Shown here: positions 55,239-64,000 of the stretch, one piece after another
Layout of the letters: each line of letters opens with the position of its first letter
How positions within the stretch are numbered: the first letter of the stretch is position 1
Assembly: GCA_964016885.1 (NCBI GenBank)
Contig: OZ024740.1
Span: 69,874,001-69,938,000, forward strand
From: Eledone cirrhosa
Taxonomy: Eukaryota
Length of the DNA stretch: 64,000 nucleotides
Reading direction: 5' to 3'
Position numbers and translations under genes: made by a program
The notes under the pieces: generated by a model
Seen by the model: only the letters and a program-made list of their open reading frames with translations
What the model was told of the DNA's origin: nothing
Database searches by the model: none

Positions 55239-56023
55239 TTAATTGTAAGTTGTGATGTTGCTGTTCCACTCATATTTTCTATTTAATTTTGGTTGTAATT
55301 CTTTTATGTTTATTGCCTCTGTGATTTGTCTAAACATTGCGTCTTTTCTGTGTGTAGATTCTATTTTTATTTCTATGTTCTCTAATTTACCCTTGTGTTA
55401 GATTTTAGCATGTTGGTAGAGTACAGATGATTCTTTACTATCTTGAAGGTCTCGCTAGTGTTCATTTATCCGTTCCCCTACACTACGAGCTGTCTCACCT
55501 ATGTACACTATATTTTTGTCTCTACATTGTCCTTCAGTACATCTTATGCTATACACTACATTTCTAGTTTTACAGTTAATATGGGGGCTTATTTTACAGG
55601 TTATACATTTCTTATCTATACATGAGGGTCTTTGAAAAGGGTATGTCTTGCTAATAAGTGTTTTTACGGAGGTACCTGGTCTTTCTACTATCTTAATATT
55701 GAGTATATGTTTATCTAGGGCCCTTCTAAATTTGTAAGCTAATTCACCTCTAGGGGTTGTATCGATGAACATTACACTCTGGTATTTATTGCTATCATAC
55801 CATGAGTTTATACTATTAGCCTTGTTCCTAGTTCTTTCTATTCTATTCCAAAATTTGCTCCGATACAAGGGGCAGGTCCCATTTTTGTCATTATTTACCA
55901 TGTTTCCCATTTGGTTCTGGCTCCTCTATACACTCTGATTTTATCTCTCTGATTGTAGCCAGAGAACTGCATACGGTGGATGAAGTGTTGTATGTGTCTC
56001 TCTAGTTCTTCGGGGTTGCACAT
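55239..56023 (-). pseudogene. GIY-YIG endonuclease domain of the PLE, disrupted by TAG (55455) and TAA (~55400)
   Basis: Manual translation beyond ORF 55455-55910. Confidence 0.85.
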
Positions 56024-56051
56024 AATGTATAATAAGGCATAGGGAAGATTA

Positions 56052-56776
<725 letters not shown>

Positions 56777-56783
56777 TCATACT

Positions 56784-56926
<143 letters not shown>

Positions 56927-57090
56927 GTTGTTATACTTTGGGAGGGTCATGTTGCCAATAAGAAACACACGCACCAGTTGCTTTCACTTCAATTTATTAT
57001 ATATTTATAAATTTATAAATTTACAAATCTACAAACTTATAAATTTCTGGTTGGTTGGTTGGTTCCACAACCAGATAGTTGTTTATATAT

Positions 57091-57135
57091 AGTCATAGTC
57101 CTTTCGTCACATATTCTGTGACCTCTTCAGTGACT
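57091..57135 (-). ncRNA. Minimal type I hammerhead ribozyme motif (family A)
   Basis: Reverse complement AGUCA-CUGAAGA-G-GUCACA/UGUGAC-GAAAG-ga-CUA-UGACU. Confidence 0.8.
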
Positions 57136-57330
57136 GGGGATTCCTTTCTTTGTTTCTGTGCCTTTCCTTTCTTCTGTCCTACGCCATTTTGTTTCTGTGT
57201 GTGTGCTGTGTGCTCCGTTTGGGCATGCGCCACATCCGGGTGTCTGTGTGTGTTTGTGTTCATTTATCTATTTGTTTATTTATTTACATGTTGTTGGTTG
57301 GTTGTTTGTTCTATGTGTGTGTGTGTGTTT

Positions 57331-59582
57331 TCATTTTGTCCTTAATTTGCTTCTATACAAGGGGCAGGTCCCATTTATGTCATTATTTACCATTTTTTCC
57401 CATTTGGTTCTGGCTCCTCTATACACTCTGATTCTATCTCTCTGATTGTAGCCAGAGAACTGCATACGGTGGATGAAGTGTTGTATGTGTCTCTCTAGTT
57501 CTTCGGGGTTGCACATGCGGGACACATTTCTCATCACCCGTACCAAATCCGCAATCAGTATGTTGATTTTGGTATGGTCCGAAATGGCCGTGTTTCGGTG
57601 GATCAGATGTTTGGAAGTCATGGGTTTGGCATAATGGGAATGGAGGATTTGTTTTTGGTTTTTAATGGTATCTAACCAGAGCTCTGTGTCTAGTACAGGT
57701 AATCGATGGTTGGGGTGTCTACTTGGGTAGTTTATAGTAACTCTAATGCTCTGGTGGATGGAGTTTGCTATTTGCTGGATGCTTTCCATTGTGTTTTTCT
57801 CTAGTTCCTGACTGTTCTCTAGTGGGGGTGTCTTAACTACGATGTTTATATCATCTACGTAGCGGGAGTACATTATCAGGGTTATGCTGTCTTCTAATTG
57901 TTCTTTAAGTTTAATTTTAAGTCTACTGTCCCACCATACCATGAATAAGTTAGCTATGTCGCCTGCAATGCTAACACCAATGGCTGCTCCTTCCTCTTGG
58001 GCATATGTTTTTCCATTAAATTTGAACATATGTTCCTTAAGGGTTAATTTTATGCTGGCCCCTACCGCATGTGCAATCATTTTCTTCAGTTCATCGTGGT
58101 TTTCGGGTGTCCGTATGGCCCTGGTCCACCCGTTCCATCTATCTGTGTGGGTTTTCTTGGCCATTGAGGTAATGGTAGGTGGTCTGCCTCTTGCTGGTCT
58201 TGTAGGGCACAGGTTGCTAAGGTCATAAGTGTCTAGGTAACTATTACTATGGGTAAGCTTAAGTAGAAGTCCCAGCTCACTGGTATCAATCCCACGGAAC
58301 TCAACCTTGCTCTCGCTGATCATTTCTACGCATTTCTCCACAGCAAAATCCACGTCAATAGATGGATACAGGGACACAACATCCATACTGCCTATTATGC
58401 AGTTTGTTAGGTCCCCAGATCGGTTACTCACGCCGATTCTGCTGAGGAGGTCTTCCGTGCTGTCACATACATCTGGGGACATCTCAATGATGGGGCGTAT
58501 GATCAGGGAGAGGAAGTAGGACAGTCTGTAGTTACTAGCAATGTTAGCTCCACAGTGTGGCCGTGTTGGTGGTCCCGCGACAGGGTCACAGCCCGTTTTA
58601 TGGTCTTTTCGAAGCCCATACAACGCCGGCACGTCATTGTTCCAGGCCTGGAAGTTGTTGGCAGTCCTTTTGTTGGGCTGCATTATATTCCTCCACATCA
58701 CCGTATGGGCATTGAGGGTGTTTTCTCTATCCTCATGCTCTTGTGGTGTTACCTCTCTTGTGTTAGTGATGTGGCGTTGCATTGCCTGGATGTAGTTTGG
58801 CAGGCTGTCAACCGACATTCTGCCAGACTTGTCTGTTGGAAAGCATGCTATCTCTCCATTACGTGAGCGCTGCATGAGCTTACGCAAGCCATTTGCAGAT
58901 TTTTCTCCTAGTTGCTGGGCCTCTATTCTATTATGCTTCTTGCTATACTGTTCTATAATATTTCTAAGTTCGGATCTAGCTAGACTAAATTGTGCTTCTG
59001 TTTGTTCATCGACCTGCGACGGCAACTGCGTGCGTTTGTTAAATGGTAAAGTCGTGGCGTGGACTCGTCGCAGGTCGAATGATTTATCGGAGGGATTATA
59101 AAACGGAGAGTTCCAGGCTGCTGCTTTATGTGTACTAGTGCTATTGTTATCGTTAGTTGTATTGTTTCTATTTCTATTTCCACCACCAGCCTCATGGTTG
59201 TTTCTATGTCTCTCATAATTACTCCTGTCTCTTTCCACTGGCTCAATGTTGTTATCTACCCTATTTTGTGTGTCTGTGTGTTCGTCTTGGTTATTCTCTT
59301 TGTCCTTAGTCTCCCTTCTCCTTTTCCTTTTAATTCTATAACTTTCCCTTATTTCTGTGATTTCTGTGCTACTGTCATTACTTGTTTTCTGTGTCTGTGT
59401 GTTTGTTAAGATTGTGGTGGTGGTGAGAGGCATTGAATGCGTGTGTGCTGTTGTTGTTGATGTGTGCTGTTGTTGATGTGTGTTGTTGTTGTCTCCGTGT
59501 GTGTTATTGTTGTTGTGTGTGTTGTTATTGTTGTTTGTGTCTGCGTGTCTGTTGTTGTTGTTTCTGGGTATGTTGCTATTGT
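57331..59582 (-). CDS. Penelope-like reverse transcriptase ORF, uninterrupted, endonuclease deleted; true start uncertain (the ORF-track start at 59667 lies in the inverted pLTR)
   Basis: FPTDKSG, LYGLRKDHK, PPTRP, SMDVVSLYPSID, GAAIGVSIA..ANLFM, YSRYVDD, LPVLD, HYAKPM, MQFSGY, CPLYR. Confidence 0.9.
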
Positions 59583-59789
59583 TGTTTAGGCAAATTACAG
59601 AGGCAGTAAGCATAAAAGAATTACAACCAAAATTAAATAGAAAATATGAGTGGAACAGCAACATCACAACTTACAATTAAGGACAAAATGAAAACACACA
59701 CACACATAGAACAAACAACCAACCAACAACATGTAGATAAATAAACAAATAGATAAATGAACACAAACACACACAGACACACGGATGTG

Positions 59790-59938
59790 GCGCATGCGCA
59801 AACGGAGCACACAACACACACACAGAAACAAAATGGCGTAGGACAGAAGAAAGGAAAGGCACAAAAACAAAGAAAGGAATCCCCAGTCACTGAAGAGGTC
59901 ACAGAGTGTGTGACGAAAGGACTATGACTATATATAAA
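59790..59938 (+). promoter_or_regulatory. Candidate Pol II promoter motifs in the pLTR (NRF1-like GCGCATGCGC, YY1-like CAAAATGGCG, TATA-like TATATAAA)
   Basis: Motif matches only; retained in the other pLTR copies. Confidence 0.35.
59885..59929 (+). ncRNA. Minimal type I hammerhead ribozyme motif (family A)
   Basis: AGUCA-CUGAAGA-G-GUCACA-gagug-UGUGAC-GAAAG-ga-CUA-UGACU. Confidence 0.8.
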
Positions 59939-60152
59939 CAACTATCTGGTTGTGGAACCAACCAACCAACCAACCAGAAATTTATAAGTTTGTAGATTTG
60001 TAAATTTATAAATTTATAAATATATAATAAATTGAAGTGAAACAACTGGTGCGTGTGTTTCTTATTGGCAACATGACCCTCCCAAAGTATAACAATATCG
60101 GTTTCAACACAAGATTTCAGATAAAGAATCTTGCTAAACAAATTCAGAAACG

Positions 60153-60206
<54 letters not shown>

Positions 60207-60577
60207 TTTCAGATTATAATACTGTGAGAGCCCTGGTTTCTGTTGAGCTCTGCTGACGATTGAAATCCAACCGTGACCATCTCCACTGAAAGTTTTCATG
60301 AAATAGTCTTTTAAGACTATACAGAGCATTTGATGTTATTCCTAATCGAAGGATAAGTGTTTTAGACTTTATTTTATCATGAGTTAAAGGTCTATTGATT
60401 TTTCCCTGGATTTCACTAAATTCTGTGGATGAATTTATATTCTGATTCTCTTTTGAGATGAGTTTGAATTATTTTTCCTAAATCTTACGTTAACTACTTT
60501 TCCCATCTTGACGTTATAGTCGCATATATGTTATAGAATACTATTAGCTTCTCGTTAAAACAATCTCTATACCTCTC

Positions 60578-60617
<40 letters not shown>

Positions 60618-60694
60618 CGAAGGAAATGTGGTAAGGAACCAGGTGGACCATAACGCACCAAAGTACTCAATACTTGAGGTAGTAGAGTGGGTAA

Positions 60695-60820
60695 TAGGAA
60701 CCAGTAAGACCCCGACAGCTGAGCTCAAGCCGTTTCGACGGCTAATTCTGGACTAAATTTAGTCCAGAATTAGCCGTCGAAACGGCTTGAGCTCAGCTGT
60801 CGGGGTCTTAATGGTTCCTA
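60695..60820. repeat. 126-bp spacerless palindrome (one mismatch)
   Basis: Centre ACTAAA|TTTAGT at 60757/60758; a single arm also occurs at 53062-53119. Confidence 0.95.
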
Positions 60821-60844
60821 TATATATATATATATATATATACT

Positions 60845-61543
60845 TAGGTTAATAGGAGTTAGGTATTGTATACCCGTGTCCCATTAAGGTATTGGCAGCA
60901 TAATAATTAGCTCTATGCTTTGGAGCAGAGCCGTATATATGATAAAGAACGCAAGAGCGTCTACAACATGAACAAATTTTTTATTGGCTTACAATGTTTC
61001 TTCCTCACGTAACCGTAGAATTCTTCAGAGCTATAAAAGGGGTTTTATTGGTGTTATGTACTCTACTATTTGTTCTTGAATGTTTGGTTGGTAAAGAGAG
61101 TAAAGAGCAAAAGCAGGGGACAATAAGTCTAATTTTGGTGCGGGGGTGGGGGGTGGGATCCTTGTTAACTAGCTGTGGTCAAATTCGTTCCCGGGAGTTG
61201 AGTGGTTAGTGGAGCCATAGATGGGTTGGCATCGATAGTAGGGTGCATAGGGTGTGCAGAGGTTACACACACACAAAGGGCTTATAATATATATATAACG
61301 GAGGAGAAAGTACATGAGGTAATTAGAAATGGAATAAGAATGATAATAATCTATAGTTAATAATGTATAATAAGGCATAGGGAAGATTACACTATAATAA
61401 GGTATAAAAGTAAGAATGAGATAAAATATAAAGGAGGATAAAAATGAAAATAAGAATAAAAAAATATATATATAAAAATATATAGAGAGAATATATAAAA
61501 AATATAAGCAAGTATTAGAAAGGGAAAAACACAATGCAAAAAA
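60845..61543 (-). mobile_element. Family B hammerhead-bearing repeat, second copy (may extend further right)
   Basis: Reverse complement aligns with 56161-56776. Confidence 0.75.
60979..61038 (-). ncRNA. Minimal type I hammerhead ribozyme motif (family B)
   Basis: Reverse complement GCU-CUGAAGA-a-UUCUACG/CGUGaGGA-a-GAAAC-auu-GUA-AGC. Confidence 0.65.
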
Positions 61544-64000
61544 CAGATTTTGTTAAATAAAAATATTATAAATATGGGGGGAGAAAACGGGAGAGAGAAA
61601 TATAATCATAATGTGATTAGTTGAGAGAATATAAGATGATAATAGTTGTGTCAATTTTATACATCTTAATAATAAATAATATGTATATCAGAGTTACACA
61701 TCCTTCAATTCACTTGCAAGTTCAACCCACATGGCATAGTCCATCACTCATCTGTGCGATCGTGTGCGTTTGTGTTTGACCTCACAGTAGGTGCACAAGT
61801 TCGTAAATTTCAATGCAGATAGAATTCTATTTGTGCTTACCCGGACATTGACAGAGGTTCCAATATTCCTAGTTCATTGCCGACCCAATATGTGTGTGGT
61901 GTTATTTTGGTCGCACAAATCAATCACTTGGTTCAATATTATGGAGTATGGTTTTCTGGTCTTCGTTATACTATCAGTGGTTGTATATCTCGAAATCACA
62001 AGGATCACAGTACTCCGGTTTGGTGTGATTATCGGTCATGCAACTATGTTGTCGGTGGTTGGATTCAATTCTATTGCCCAGAACGTAGAACTTTGGTGTT
62101 GATTGAACATTAACAAGGCAGAGTGAAATCGCATCTGTGGTACAAAACGGTACGCAAGGAAATTCTTCGTCTTCGTTTCATCCGGGTCTAGCAGTCACGT
62201 GCAAGAGCCGCTACGTAGTAATTGTGAGGGTAAGCGGTCAAGATAGTAACTGACCGAAAATTCTCCTGGGAATTAAAACAGACATGACAGGTACATTTAG
62301 GTCAGCAGTTTCTTCATGTGTACGTGTGTCCGATACACACAGACACATATTTATATGTATTTCAACTCAAAAAATTCAATTGATTCGCTTATTGATATTA
62401 TATCTCTGTTGCTCCGATGTGCATGTTGCGATGTTTTGGTCGTGTTTACCATTCACTGTTTTTTTGCCATTACCTTGGAGTGCGATGTTTTGGTCATCAA
62501 TATTCCGGCAACCGCATTCCTCTCTTATATTGTGGAGAATGGTGTTCTGGTCCTCAGTAAACATTTGGGTCAGCAGGAGGGGAGGTGGTTTTCAGTTTCA
62601 ACTGCGACAATACATATGTGTTACTTTACATATCGTGCTCCTCTCAAAGAAGAGTATTATAGGAGGAATTCATGCTAAACACCACATATAGAGAAGAGTT
62701 CTAAACAAATAAATTCTACAGAAAAAAATTCTCTCTCCTAGAGTTCCCTCCAAATAACCTTTCGGCGACACATAGCGAAGTACACAATACATAATATATA
62801 ATATATAACATATAGTGTGTTATTACATGAGTGGTTATTCACCTGTATCATACATGAGAGGCAATAGGGAGTGAGGAGGAAGAGGCCCTGCTTTTATGGT
62901 GGAGGTTGGGGTGAACTAGTATAAGAATGCATACCTGCATCCATCCGAGTGTACACATGGACAGCGACACACACACTCAAACACGCATATATGTATACAT
63001 TCATGCACACACACACACACGTACACGCACAGACACGCACAGATGATAGAGGCTGGGGTGTATTGTTATATATGGCCATGTGCACAGACATACACACACT
63101 CATACCCACCCATAGATTACGTATGCATACACACACACACGCACGAGAGGTTGGGGTGTATTAGCACATGGGTACATATTCCCCCATATGCATGCGTGCA
63201 CACACACATGCACACACACACGCACACACACATGTATTCGCTTTCACACACACACATACAAGCCCACACTCATCTACACCCAGGCATATAGATCACCACC
63301 CCACTACATACCTGCATATACACAGACACGTGGGGGTGAGCGAGATTTAAGATATACGGAACCTGAAGAGTTAATATAGCGATAGAGGTTTACCCACAAG
63401 ATATAGGGCATATTATATTGGACCCACAGAATGTGATCATGCCGCGGTACTAGCCAGTGCACACATGTGCGCACACATATGCGCCTCTTCACTCCCCGAC
63501 AGACCAACGCCCACGCACATAGGCCCACACACATGTCCACACCCATATTCGATGACATGTACCCACATAGGCGTATTTATGAGGGTCCATAGAGGAGCAA
63601 ATAGGGCAATGAGTCGCAGGGGAGCCTGTAGTACTACGGGGCGGTCGTGCAGCGCAACTTAAGATGAGGGCTAAGACAAAATGCCATGCAGCAGTGGTCT
63701 AACCTAGATGAGAGTATGACATTCCATTTGCTCCACACCGTCTCGTGTCCCAAAATCTATTCTCCCGAAGCTGTAGCCCGGTAGGGGACTGTTCCACCTA
63801 TAGGCTACCTATCTATCTGGGTTATGGGTTGGGGGGGTTATAGTCAAGTAGAGGTATGTCTAGGTGGGGGTTGCGTAATATATGTTACGTCTATGTGCTA
63901 GGTTTAAATAGAAGAAGGAACTCAGGATTTTGTGTTGGCAAGAGGAGAAAATTTCAGATTTCCTGTTAAGCAGGTTCAGTTTAGAGTGTATTATGGCATG

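Larger units (their letters stand above)
54840..56023 (-). mobile_element. Penelope-like element (Naiad-like) 3' fragment: RT tail, Zn linker, GIY-YIG endonuclease and pseudo-LTR
   Basis: CPLYRSKFW, SVMFIDTTP, CxxxxCxxC..C, NVVYSIRC..YIGETARS..RINEH, continuing past two stops to RQITEAINIKELQPKLNRKYEW. Confidence 0.9.

Noticed and set aside
55239-55910. Selenocysteine recoding as reported for some Naiad elements
   Set aside because: The in-frame stops are TAG and TAA, not TGA, and the Zn-linker cysteines use normal codons. No SECIS was recognised.

Overview
AT-rich animal genomic DNA dominated by repeats. The SINE families and microsatellite load suggest a cephalopod/octopus-like genome (inference). 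No host protein-coding gene is convincingly visible. 1-22 kb: decayed retroelements, namely three R4/Dong-like restriction-like-endonuclease LINE copies in (CATA)n tracts, three copies of a ~0.4-0.5 kb non-coding RTE-related element next to them, an RTE remnant, many tRNA-derived SINEs and a 200-N gap. 23.6-45 kb: a 21 kb satellite built almost only from the triplets AAC/AGC/AAT/AGT, with kb-scale higher-order duplications; its long ORFs are compositional artefacts. 46-52 kb: RTE and L1/Tx1 fragments. 53-61.5 kb: a (TA)n-embedded cluster with a Naiad-like Penelope-like element (one open RT copy lacking its endonuclease, one endonuclease-bearing fragment, direct and inverted pseudo-LTRs). The cluster also holds five minimal hammerhead ribozyme motifs of two families, a 126-bp palindrome made of a half-hammerhead, and a circularly permuted non-coding unit. 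Family names were assigned by eye from motifs; no searches were run.
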